From positions 15,438,001 through 15,502,000 of the forward strand of contig OX597815.1 of the NCBI GenBank assembly GCA_951406725.2: 64,000 nucleotides of DNA. The letters run 5' to 3'. The notes under the pieces are model-generated. The model was given only the letters and a program-made list of their open reading frames with translations. It ran no database searches and was not told where the DNA came from. Shown here piece by piece: positions 1 through 11,732 of the stretch. Each line of letters begins with the position of its first letter. The stretch's first letter is position 1. The stretch is from Octopus vulgaris (lineage: Eukaryota). The position numbers were made by a program, and so were the translations under genes.

Positions 1-713
1 AATTAACTGAATGAATGAATGAGGATTCATATATTCATTACCAAATAATTATTGTAATTAAAACAAAAACAAAAAATAAATTACACGAACATATATAAAC
101 AGGAGATACAAATATTACAGGCATACCCCCACACACACACTAACTAAACATAGACACACATAGAGGTATACACATGTGCAAATGAAGACACATACAATAG
201 GAATACAAAATACAAAACGGCTGACCGTTAGTAAGGAGAGACACACAAATAAGAAAGAAGAAAGCAAAGGACCACTGATGAGGTCACAGGAGTGTGACGA
301 AAGAACTCTGGCCGAAATAAGATTAAGATTAATGTAAAAAATAAATAACACTGAAGCAAAGTAACACCAAATATATAGTGCATGTGTTTTTATTGGCTAA
401 ACTGGCAAAATGACCATTCCGAAATACAACAATATTGTAATTAAACTTTTAAAGTAACCATTATGAATATTTAGCATTTATTCTGCACAATTAAGTTTTC
501 ATTTTTATGATTTAACAAAAAAATTCTTTAAATTGGAGAATTGTGAAGTAGGAGCAAGATATAGAAACTATTTCTAAAGTGCATATGTCCTAATAAGAGT
601 TTTGAGAGAAAGATGCTGAGAGATAATGATTATTAGAGATGAGAGAATTGGTGAGTGTAGGGTTAAGGGTGCATAGCATATAACTCTTGTGTCTAGTATA
701 ATTCTGTTTTATT

Positions 714-1082
714 AAGGTGGCAAGCTGGCAGAATCATTAGCATGCCGGGTGAAATGCTTAACGGTATTTCGTCTGCCATTATGTTCTGAGTTCAAATTCT
801 GCTGAGGTCGACTTCGCCTTTCATCCTTTCGGGGTCAATTAAATAAGAACCAGTTACGCACTGGGGTCGATATAATCGACTTAATCCGTTTAAAATCAAA
901 AAATTAAAAAAAATTAAAATTAAATCATTAGGTATTTCGTCTGCCATTACATTCTGAGTTCAAATTCTGCCGAGGTCGACTTTGCCTTTCCTCCTTACGG
1001 GGTCAATATAATCGACTTAATCCGTTTGTCTGTCCTTGTTTGTCCTCTCTGTGTTTAGCCCCTTGTGGGTAGTAAAGAAATA
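714..1082 (+). mobile_element. tRNA-derived SINE family A (Meta-SINE-like core), body duplicated, 19-bp TSD
   Basis: A-box-like TGGCAGAATC and B-box GAGTTCAAATTC; core GCCTTTCATCCTTTCGGGGTC; TSD AGTATAATTCTGTTTTATT at 695-713 and 1083-1101. Confidence 0.85.
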
Positions 1083-1105
1083 AGTATAATTCTGTTTTAT
1101 TTCAG

Positions 1106-1293
1106 CTATATTCACCAAACATTCCAGTGACTGGGAACCTGCCTTACGTATCTACAGGGGCCCATTTTTACTCATACTTGATGTCTTCTTACTTGGGATG
1201 AATACTTATGGATGGAGAACATCAGGTGTTAATCATGTTTTAATATTCGAACTTGATCCTCGAAATCATTTGACCCATCAGCAGCTACTCGAG
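1106..1293 (+). CDS. XPR1: XPR1 internal exon (first in window; gene starts upstream)
   Basis: ttcag/GT boundaries; translates ..[54 protein letters not shown], matching the XPR1/SYG1 motif [21 protein letters not shown]. Confidence 0.95.
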
Positions 1294-1342
1294 GTCAGTA
1301 TAGTGTTTATCATCATCATCATTACTATCATCATCATCATCA

Positions 1343-1605
1343 TCGTTTAGCGTCCATTTTCTGCGCTAGCACGGGTTGGACGGTTTGACCGGGGTCTGGG
1401 AAGCCAGGGGCTGCACCAGGCTCCAGTCTGATCTGGCAGTGTTTCTACAGCTGGATGCCCTTCCTAATGCCAACCACTCCGCGAGTGTAGTGGGTGCTTT
1501 TTACGTGCCACCTGCACAGGTGCCAGAGAAGTCTGGCATCGGCCACGATTGGTTGGTGCTTTTTATGTGCCACCGGCACGAAAGCCAGCCAAGGCGGCGC
1601 TGGCA
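1343..1605 (-). mobile_element. RTE-type 3' end copy
   Basis: Reverse complement of the terminus at 3060-3242; (GAT)n tail. Confidence 0.82.
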
Positions 1606-1802
1606 GTCATTAATCAGTTCTACAACCATTATTACTACTTCCATTGTCAAAGTATACCCCATTGCCAGCCACCTTCGTCATTACCACCATGATCATCAAC
1701 ATCAGCATCATAAACTACCGAATAACCACAGTAAGTTAATAATTAGGCAGCACATCAATCACATAACTCTCTACCATGACTACCATTATTATTAATATCA
1801 AA

Positions 1803-3242
1803 GCACCATCCGAATCGTGGCCGATGCCAGCGCCGCCTCGACTGGCTTCCATGCCGGTGGCACGTAAAAAGCACCATCCAAATCATGGCCAAAGCCAGTG
1901 CTGCCTCGACTGGCTTCCATGCCGGTGGCACGTAAAATGCACCATCCAAATCATGGCCAAAGCCAGTGCCGCCTCGACTGGCTTCTGTGCCGGTGGCACG
2001 TAAAATGCACCATCCAAATCATGGCCAAAGCCAGTGCCGCCTCGACTGGCTTCTGTGCCGGTGGCACGTAAAAGCACCATCCAAATCATGGCCAAAGCCA
2101 GTGCCGCCTCGACTGGCTTCTGTGCCGGTGGCACGTAAAAAGCACCATCCAAATCATGGCCAAAGCCAGTGCCGCCTCGACTGGCTTCCATGCCGGTGGC
2201 ACGTAAAATGCACCATCCAAATCATGGCCAAAGCCAGTGCCGCCTCGACTGGCTTCTGTGCCGGTGGCACGTAAAAGCACCATCCAAATCATGGCCAAAG
2301 CCAGTGCCGCCTCGACTGGCTTCCATGCCGGTGGCACGTAAAAGCACCATCCAAATCATGGCCAAAGCCAGTGCCGCCTCGACTGGCTTCCATGCCGGTG
2401 GCACGTAAAATGCACCATCCAAATCATGGCCAAAGCCAGTGCCGCCTCGACTGGCTTCTGTGCCGGTGGCACGTAAAAGCACCATCCAAATCATGGCCAA
2501 AGCCAGTGCCGCCTCGACTGGCTTCCATGCCGGTGGCACGTAAAATGCACCATCCAAATCATGGCCAAAGCCAGTGCCGCCTCGACTGGCTTCTGTGCCG
2601 GTGGCACGTAAAAAGCACCATCCAAATCATGGCCAAAGCCAGTGCCGCCTCGACTGGCTTCCATGCCGGTGGCACGTAAAAGCACCATCCAAATCATGGC
2701 CAAAGCCAGTGCCGCCTCGACTGGCTTCCATGCCGGTGGCACGTAAAGCACCATCCAAATCGTGGCCGATGCCAGTGCCGCCTCGACTGGCTTCCATGCC
2801 GGTGGCACGTAAAAAGCACATCCAAATCATGGCCAAAGCCAGTGCCGCCTCGACTGGCTTCCATGCCGGTGGCATGTAAAAAGCACCATCCAAATCATGG
2901 CCAAAGCCAGTGCCGCCTCGACTGGCTTCTGTGCCGGTGGCACGTAAAAAGCACCATCCAAATCATGGCCAAAGCCAGTGCCACCTCGACTGGCTTCTGT
3001 GCCGGTGGCACGTAAAATGCACCAATCCGACTGTGGCTGTTTGCCAGCCTCGCCTGGCACCTGTGCTGGTGGCACGTAAAAAGCACCCACTACACTCGCA
3101 GAGTGGTTGGCGTTAGGAAGGGCATCCAGCTGTAGAAACTCTGCCAGATCAGACTGGAGCCTGGTGCAGCCATCTGGCTTCCCAGATCCCCGGTCGAACC
3201 GTCCAACCCATGCTAGCATGGAGAATGGACGTTAAACGATGA
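1803..3242 (+). mobile_element. 3' end of an RTE-type LINE with an expanded internal 67-69-bp tandem array (18 units, 1803-3018)
   Basis: The array runs into the conserved terminus GGCGTTAGGAAGGGCATCCAGCTGTAGAAA..GGACGTTAAACGATG seen in many copies across the window. Confidence 0.85.
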
Positions 3243-3623
3243 ATGATCATCATAATTACTACTATTATGATACCAGATGACTGAAAGAGATTGGCTGATA
3301 TTTGTTTGTGTATTTATAATTTTGTCAATCTAATTTGCTAAACCAAGAACAATGGGATTCTATTCTTATATCAGGTTTGATCTGTGAATAACTTGAAAAG
3401 CTCTGAGATGTCAGTTCATTCTCATTAATCTCTGTGCAAAAGGTGAAAACAATAGGCCAAGAACTTGTCAGGCTATATGGAAAAATATGGAGTCAGTTTT
3501 TAATCTTAACTTAGCTATTCTGCATTTGTCCACTACACATACGCACACACAAATTTTGATGATGTGATTGTTTATCTTTAGAATAACATTGTAGGGTAGG
3601 TGTGAGAGGCTGAATCTCATAAG

Positions 3624-3899
3624 GGCAATCTTTCGTCTCTTAGTAGACCTTTCCGTCGATTTCCGTAAAAAAATTATTTCTTTTTACATATGGGCTTGCG
3701 GGAACTTTTGAAGTAATGAGAGCGAAAGAGACTAAGAGAAAGCGATTGTATGATGAGGGAAGTTCTTTTGAAGTTACCGTGCATGGGAGCATTGATGTAC
3801 AATGTGTGTGTGTGTGTGTGTGTGTGTTTGATGGGGTGTGGGAGACAGACAGTATGTTGTGTAATTGACGGAAAGGTCTACTAGAGACGAAAGATCGCC
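3624..3899. mobile_element. MITE with 9-bp TSD (Merlin- or Mutator-type)
   Basis: ~38-bp TIRs starting GGCAATCTTTCGTCTC..; TSD TCTCATAAG at 3615-3623 and 3900-3908. Confidence 0.82.
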
Positions 3900-4362
3900 T
3901 CTCATAAGTTTGAACATAAAACAAGGATGATATTCTGGCCAGATATGGCCAGTTTAAACACTGGAGGAGTGAATTCGTCAATAATGCAAAGTAGCTGAGT
4001 TATTTCATGGGCAAATCGGTTTGTTCTAAGGTTATTAAATCCATTTTTTTTTCATTTTATCTAGTTTCAGCTCACAAGCTGTGGCCATGCTGGGGCACCA
4101 CCATGTATATATGTTTTTTACTGTTGACTTACAACAATTTCAGTGGAGTGTTATTTTCATTAGTTTTGTAGTCTCTACCTCTTCCTCCAAACCTATCTGA
4201 TGTGTGTTTCAATGATGCTGTTTTATGGCCAAGGAACAAATCCGTTCACATAAGATGAAATGAGTGACTTGTGTTTTTGTCTTACCTTGTTCTGTTTTAA
4301 CCAATTTTATAAATTACTTCATCAAACACTATTATAAACTTGTTTCCCTGTTCTATTTTCAG

Positions 4363-4542
4363 ACTGCTTCAGGACTATCGGTTCTCTGGGCCGCCAGCGT
4401 CTTGCTCTATCTGTTTAGTAATTCATTAAACATCCCAGCATTCATCAGTCCATTTACCCTTGTCATCATCCTTGTTGCATACCTAATTAACCCTTTACAA
4501 ATATTCCATCATCGAGCAAGATTTTGGCTCATCAGAATATTG
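4363..4542 (+). CDS. XPR1: XPR1 exon (TM region)
   Basis: tttcag..gtaagt; TASGLSVLWAASVLLYLFSNSLNIPAFISPFTLVIILVAYLINPLQIFHHRARFWLIRIL; phase 0-0. Confidence 0.93.
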
Positions 4543-4771
4543 GTAAGTAGTACATTTGTTATTTCACAGATATTTCAAACTTTGCTTGCACAGTCCATAA
4601 TGTTCTGGTTTAATCAACTTCTACACACAGTAGTTGAAATCATGCTTCTAGTAGTGCAATATATTATGAAAAGATATATTACTCTTTTACGGAGATGTAC
4701 TTGCATAGCGAGTGACTTGATCTGAGATCGTGTGCTGGAACGAAAACAATTGCAGCGTGGAAGGTGTTTAT

Positions 4772-5008
4772 AAGCCATTTAAGAAACACACAAAAGCCGT
4801 TCGATTCACTTCAACATTTAAATTTAATTTGTCAAAATATTTTCATCGCTTTGAGACCGCGACCTGTTCACTGACAAAACTTCGTGCTGCATCTCGGATT
4901 TTTGTCAGTGAACAGGTCGCGGTCTCAAAGCGCCGAAAATATTTTGACAAATTAAATTTAAATGTTGAAGTGAATCGATCAGTTTTTGTGTGTTTTTTTA
5001 AATGGCTT
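4772..5008. repeat. Long inverted repeat (~108-bp arms)
   Basis: 4772-4879 is the reverse complement of 4900-5008 with few mismatches. Confidence 0.92.
4901..4951 (+). ncRNA. Hammerhead motif with G3-C8 core variant in a fold-back
   Basis: TTTGTCA GTGAACA GGTCGC-GGTCTCAAA-GCGCC GAAA ATATTT TGACAAA. Confidence 0.6.
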
Positions 5009-5439
5009 GTCTGTTTGATAGCCCACCTGTCTCTTGAAGTATGTTCCAAATTGTGATGGTTGAATGCAGAAAGTACCTGTCCAGATTATACATCTTAGCA
5101 TCAAGTGTGTGAGAGGACATGTGCTGTCATGAATGTACTATCCCTTGGAAAACATCCTTCATAGTATTACTCTAAGGCTTGTGGCTTGTATGCATTTTGT
5201 GTGTGTGTGTGTGAAAAAGGATCAAAGGTCCATCCCTAACCATAGGCTCATAAGGTCAGTTTCTGTAGCATATATGCTCCAAATGACCGGGATGGGACAC
5301 CAGTCCATCATACGGTCACTCATTTTTGCCAGCTGAGTGAACTGGAACAACTTGAAAGGAAGTGCTTTGCTCAAGATCACAATGCCTCACTTGGTCCAGG
5401 AATTAAAAACCACAATCTTAGAATCATGATTGCAACACT

Positions 5440-5900
5440 CTGTAGCATGGCAGTTCACACACATGCATCATATAGTCTACCTTTCACCCTGATGAAGAGG
5501 CCTTTAGTTGCCAGCATAGGTAGGAGCTCCCTGAACTTTCCCCAGGCTATTCTTACTCTAGCCACTACACTCTTAGAGCAACCACCCTCACTACAGACTT
5601 GGTTGCCTAGGTAGCAGAAGCTTTTAACTACTTCTAGTTTCTTCCCATGGCATGTGATGGAATCTGTTGTCTGTATATCATCAGTGTTTATTGCCCCTGT
5701 GCATCTGCCACACACAAAAACTATTTTCCCAGTTAACCTTCCTTTAATATTGCTGCACCTTTTATGTGTCCATAGCTTACACCAAGTACATCATGTAGAG
5801 CTTCTACCCATGCCTTTTCTACAGATCAAGCAGGGCCATCTACCTGAAGGGGGTTGTGATTTGACAGCATTCCTACTTACTAAGACTTTGGTTTTAGCTA
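5440..5900 (-). mobile_element. RTE-clade LINE RT fragment
   Basis: LEVVKSFCYLGNQVCSEGGCSKSVVARVRIAWGKFRELLPML..VKGRLYDACV. Confidence 0.85.
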
Positions 5901-5933
5901 GGTTAATATTAATTTATCATTATAATATCTTAT

Positions 5934-5979
<46 letters not shown>

Positions 5980-6101
5980 CATACACACACATATACATAC
6001 ATACACACATATACATACATACATACATACACACATATACATACACATACACATATACACACACATGCACAAAAACTGTATGTTTTGTTATCTCTCTTCA
6101 G

Positions 6102-6255
6102 CTCCGAATCGTCTCTGCACCATTTCATCATGTAGGATTCGCAGATTTCTGGCTTGCTGACCAATTGAACAGCTTGGCACCGGTCATGTTGGACTTCTAT
6201 TATTTTATATGCTTTTATGCAATTGTTTTTAATTGGCAAACGACAGAATATAAAA
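6102..6255 (+). CDS. XPR1: XPR1 exon (EXS domain)
   Basis: LRIVSAPFHHVGFADFWLADQLNSL, a hallmark XPR1 motif; cttcag..gtaagg. Confidence 0.96.
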
Positions 6256-6588
6256 GTAAGGACAAGTCTTGTTTATTTATATAGCACTAGACTATTCCCT
6301 AGACTATTACCTTGAGATACCCACCACCCCATAAAACAATTGTTGATCATGTGAAGATAAAATTAATGCTGAAAGCAAAAATAATTGTAATTATCTGAAA
6401 TGTCTGATGTTATGAAGAAACAAAACTATTGTGCTTATCTTTCATTCTCTCACATTTAGAAGTAATTTTGATTTTTTTTTTTTTTTTTTTTTTTTGCTCC
6501 CTACATTTAGTATGTTAGGACTCACTAGTAAAACTGATTGCTGATACTATGCCAATATAATTATATCTCTTCTGTTTACTTATTTCAG

Positions 6589-6783
6589 CCGCCTCAACAT
6601 GCCTTCAGACAAAATATGGTATCCGAGCTATTGTCAACTGCTTGCCTGCATGGTTCCGTTTTGCTCAATGCCTTCGACGGTATAACGATACTCACCTAAA
6701 ATTCCCTCACATTGTAAACGCCGGGAAGTATGCTACCACTTTTCTGGTTGTGATATTTCACTCGATTTACAAAATGTACAAAG
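6589..6783 (+). CDS. XPR1: XPR1 exon (EXS domain)
   Basis: CLPAWFRFAQCLRRYNDTHLKFPHIVNAGKY; tttcag..gtaaga; phase 1-1. Confidence 0.96.
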
Positions 6784-7056
6784 GTAAGATGGATTCTCCT
6801 ATGTTATGTGTTCCTATTCCATTTCATATTTGGGTAGAATGACCCAATGTACTCCATATAAACTTTTGATAAACACAGCATATTAGATGTTGTTATTGTG
6901 TACGAATGTAACATCAATAAACCTTTCGTGAGAAACTGGCAATTCTCATGTTTGTCATCATCATGAGGAAGGGCAGACAGTTGTAGAAAATCTGCCTCGA
7001 CAAATTCTGTCTGACCCATGCAAGCATGGAAAAGTGGACACTGATAATGATGATGA

Positions 7057-7570
7057 TCATCATCATCGTTTAACGTCCGTTTTCCATGCTAGCATGGGTT
7101 GGACAGTTCGACCGGGGTCTGGGAAGCCAGAAGGTTGCACCAAGCTCCTGTCTGATCTGGCAGTGTTTCTACAGCTGGATGCTCTTCCTAACACCAACCA
7201 CTCCGTGAGTGTAGTGAGTGCTTTTTATGTGCCACCGGTACAGGTGCCTGGCAAGGCTGGCAACAGCCACGATAAGTTGGTGCTTTTTACTTGCCACCGG
7301 CACGGAAGCCAGTCAAGGTGGCGCTGGCATCGGCCACGTTCGGATGGTGCTTTTTATGTGCCACCGGCACAGGGATCACAACTGCAATTTCCATTGATTT
7401 TTGATGTTGATGTATTTGACTCAATGGATCTCCTCAAGCACAGGGTCGAAACGGTGTTTCTTTACTTACCACCTGCACAGGAGTCAGTCCAGCGGCACTA
7501 GTAATGGCCGGGTGCCAGTCATGGCATGGTCTTTACAGTTGGATGCCCTTCCTAAAACCAACCACTCCAT
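7057..7570 (-). mobile_element. RTE-type 3' end copy
   Basis: Same terminus with 2-3 internal units. Further copies at about 9565-9722, 9920-10095, 24655-24776, 30330-30560, 49388-49670, 56410-56631 and 63610-63800. Confidence 0.8.
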
Positions 7571-7759
7571 AGAGTGGGCTGAGTGCTTTTTACTTGGTAC
7601 TCACACAGGCAAGGTCAGTTTTGGTGTGGTTTTTACAGTTGGAATGTGGGGGATGTAGTTTGGTTTCTTGGTGTAGGGTGTATGAAAGTTTTATTGTGGG
7701 ACACAACACTTCTAGAACTCAGGGTCACTGATGTGGACGAATCTTCTCTAGAACCTCGC

Positions 7760-8630
7760 ATCACCAGACATCTTGGTCCAGTGTCCTTTCCTCTGTGCAT
7801 CCCAACATCCTGAGATCAGTCCTCACCAATTCATCCCATGTCTTCCTGGATCTCCTTCTTCTGCAGGTACCATCCACTTTCAGTGAGTGGCAATTCTTTA
7901 TGTAGCTGTCTTCATTCATATGCATCATATGTTCAAACCAGCATAATCTCCTCTCTTGCATGTTGCATCTGATTCCTCTTATGTCCAACTTTTCTCTCAA
8001 CACATTTTGTTGTTTATGCACATTGATGTTGCACATCCAGCAGAGCATACTATTTCTTTATTACCCACAAGGGGCTAAACACAGAGGGGACAAACAAGGA
8101 CAGACATAGGTATTAAGTCAATTACATCGACCCCAGTGCGTAACTGGTACTTAATTTATCGACCCCCGAAAGGATGAAAGGCAAAGTCGACCTCGGCAGA
8201 ATTTGAACTCAGAACGTAACGGCAGACGAAATACCTATTTCTATTTCTTTACTACCCACAAGGGTATAAACACAGAGGGGACGAACAAGGACACACAAAC
8301 GGATTAAGTCGATCATATCGACCCCAGTGCGTAACTGGTACTTAATTTATCGACCCCGAAAGGATGAAAGGCAAAGTCGACCTCGGCGGAATTTGAACTC
8401 AGAACGTAACGGCAGACGAAATACCACTAAGCATTTCGCCCGGCGTGCTAACGTTTCTGCCAGCTCGCCTTTCATCCAGCAGAGCATACTGCCTTCATTT
8501 CTCTCCAGTCTGTGTATGTCCTCTGCAGTCAGAGCTCATGTTTCCCTACCATAGAGTATAGCTGTTCATACACAACCATCATACAGTCTGTCTACCTTTC
8601 ATTCTCGGAGAGAGTCCTTTTGTTACCAAC
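7760..8630 (-). mobile_element. RTE-clade LINE RT C-terminal fragment, split by a SINE
   Basis: MLCWMCNI..LREKLDIRGIRCNMQERRLCWFEHMMHM..RSRKTWDE. Confidence 0.8.
8052..8472 (-). mobile_element. SINE family A, dimeric, inserted in an RTE fragment
   Basis: Two tandem bodies; TSD CATCCAGCAGAGCATACT at 8034-8051 and 8473-8490. Confidence 0.88.
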
Positions 8631-9229
8631 ACACACACACACACACACACATACAATCCAATGAATCAGCCTCGATGTGAGTGCTCATATCAGAAATAGG
8701 AACCACATCTCATTTAAATTATCTTCAACTTCTCCAGAATAGTTTGTTGTGGAATTTCTTCCCATCCCATTTTCCCCTTCAGGCAATGCTTCAATATTCA
8801 AACAAAAAATTACCCACATCAGCCTCACTAGTTTTCAAAAAATTAGATATATTTCATTCCTTTTTTAACATATATAATAATAATAATAATGAAATTAATT
8901 GTATACAGTGCTCAGGTGCACCACAACTTGTCAGAAAGTGCGTATAGAGTATATGCAGTAATGTAGAAATGTCTGGAAAGCGAACAATGTATGAGTCAGA
9001 TACATGCTTGCGTGTGTAGTGTTGGCGAATCTCAGGAAGCATGGAAGTTTTGAAGGATGCAGTGCTCTAACAACTGATGCCGGCAGTTTGTTCCATGCTT
9101 CAGCAACTCTCAGCGTGAAAAAATGTTTCCTGAAGTCATGGGAGCTGTGCTGTTTTCTGACTTTGTAAATATGTCCATGTAAATATAAATGATGAAAATA
9201 AACTGTGTTCTTTATTTGTATTTTGACAG

Positions 9230-9441
9230 AGAAACACGCTGCTCTTCCTGATGCTGGCAGTGACGAGATGGATGTCAGCTATGAAACAGAACAAACCATC
9301 TTCTATTACACCTGGATTGTTGCACTGCTAATTAGCTCCTGCTACACTTTCACCTGGGACATCAAGATGGATTGGGGTCTCTTAGAGAAAACTAAAGGTG
9401 AAAACAAGTTTCTGCGAGAAGAGTGTGTTTATGCCTATAGC
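9230..9441 (+). CDS. XPR1: XPR1 exon (EXS domain)
   Basis: ..[34 protein letters not shown]; gacag..gtgagt. Confidence 0.95.
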
Positions 9442-11693
9442 GTGAGTAGTACACTTGATGCTTGTCTGTCTGTTGTCTCTAACCCCACCCATGACTACAA
9501 CATGAGTAAAACTGTTGCTGTCTGTGTGTCTCTGATTTCATCCAACTAACTTCCACAATTTTACATCATCATCATCATCATCGTTTAACGTCCGCTTTCC
9601 ATGCTAACATGGGTTGGACAATTTGACTGAGGTCTCGCGAACCAGATGGCTGCACCAGGCCCCAATCTTGATCTGTTTTTACAGCTGGATGCCCTTCCTA
9701 ACGCCAACCACTCCGAGAGTGGGAATATCAATGTTGCAAATATCATATATGTATGTGGTAAATCCTTGGTCATCGTCTCCCACACTTAATAGCAGATTTC
9801 ATATCCATCAACAGATCTATTATTATCTCCATTATTATCCCTTCTTCATCTCCATTACCATCATCATAATCATCATTATCACCATCATTATAATCATCCT
9901 CATTACGACCATCATCATCATTTAACATCATTTTCCATGCTAGCATGGGTTGGACGGTTCGACCAGGGTCTAGGAAGCCAGGAGGCTGCACCAGGCTCCA
10001 ATCTTGATTTGGCAGTGTTTCTACAGCTGGATGCCCTTCCTAACGCCAACCACTCCAAGAGTGTAGTGGGTGCTTTTTACGTGCCACCGGCACAGCACCA
10101 TCATAATTATGATGATGATCATCATCAATTATAGGGCTGAGTAATTATTACTGATACTGCATTGTCTTACATAAACATCTATGAAAAACTGGATGTATTT
10201 CCTTACAACTGTGAAATACTATCACTTTTATTGCTGGGTTGTCCTTGCTATGATAGGATAGCACTGACACTAAGCCTTGCTTTTGTTTGAGTAGCCTTGT
10301 CATTGCCAATTACACCTTGCATTTAGTCATTACTCTTTGTTATATTCATTAAAATGTGATATTGTTATTAACCTTTGCTGTTCTGGTGTAGCTCTTTGTG
10401 GTTTTTACTGGTTTCTGAATATCCCTCCCTAGTCTGGAGCTATTCTGACCAAGGTAGAGTATCACTGACTAAAGTTGCATTGTTTTTTCTGAAGCAGAGT
10501 AATATATCTTTTCTTAAGAATATATTGCACTACTAGAAGCATGAGTTCAACCATTTGCCTTTCATCCTTTCGGGGTCGATAAATTAAGTACCAGTTACGC
10601 ACTGGGGTCGATGTAATCGACTTAATCCGTTTGTCTGTCCTTGTTTATCCCCTCTGTGTTTAGCCCCTTGTGGGTAATAAAGAAATACATATTGCACATA
10701 CATCAGTTTTTTAGCTGGCATAATAATCATATATTTAAGTACTTGTTCTTTCAAACTCCACCTGTCTAACACCCGTGGACATGTTTACAAAGTCAGAAAA
10801 CAGCACAGCTCCCATGACTTTCAGAAACATTTTTTCACGCTAAGAGTTGCTGAAGCATGGAACAAACTGCCGGCATCAGTTGTTAGTTGTCGGAGCACTG
10901 CATCCTTCAAAACTTCCATGCTTCCTGAGATTCGCCAACACTACACCTGATTTTCTCCCCTCCATACACATGCAGGCATGTATCTGACTCATACACTGTT
11001 CACTTTCCAGACATTTGTACATTAATGCATATGCTTTATATGCACTTTTTGACAAGTTGTGGTGCACCTGAGCACTGTATACAATAATTCCATTATTATT
11101 ATTATTATTATTATTATTATAATACTTACTCACATTTCTAAATTTATCAGAGTTATCCTACAACAAATAACCAAGCCATGGGAAACTATTTTAGTCATGG
11201 TTAATGTTGTGGAAGGATTCCATCCCCTGCCCAGTAACTAAAGGTGGACTGACTCATTCTTATAAATTAAAGAACTGTGAGTGAATGGCAGTTCGTGTTG
11301 GTAGCAGTTTACTGTGAGCTTTTGATATAGAGCATTGAGTCTCGTGTAATGGTAATAGTAGTGCGCCGTGCATATACTTTCTTCCCCACTGCTTTGTTAT
11401 ATTATATATCCAATACAAGGATATAAAAGTGGCAATGAGTTGTCTGAAGCTTGTGTTGGACATTTAAAATTTTTTTATTGGTACATAACCAAAGAAAAAT
11501 TCATTTAATATGGAGAACTTATTGGCCTCTGTGGTGTAGTTGCAACAGCAACAGTTCAAGAATTTGGGCCTGGAGATGGAGATTTCCATTTCCAGCAACT
11601 AATAATAGTAATAGTAGCAGCATCAGCAACAATAATAACAACAACATCAAAAAATACCTTAGGAATGAGAACCCAGGTTCAAAATTTCCCCAA

Positions 11694-11732
11694 GACACCT
11701 GATGAAGGCTATATTAGCTGAAACGTTGTGTT
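11694..11732 (+). ncRNA. Minimal type I hammerhead ribozyme motif (Penelope-like)
   Basis: GACAC CTGATGA A GGCT-ATATT-AGCT GAAAC GTT GTGTT: stem I, core, stem II, palindromic stem III AACGTT. Confidence 0.72.

Noticed and set aside
1803-3018. CRISPR-like array
   Set aside because: Units are contiguous and near-identical with no unique spacers, there are no cas genes, and the array lies in a eukaryotic intron. It is a tandem expansion within a LINE 3' UTR.
1376-3219. Many overlapping ORFs (MPPRLAS.., GAFYVPPA..)
   Set aside because: These are translations of the retroelement repeat and recur wherever the element occurs.
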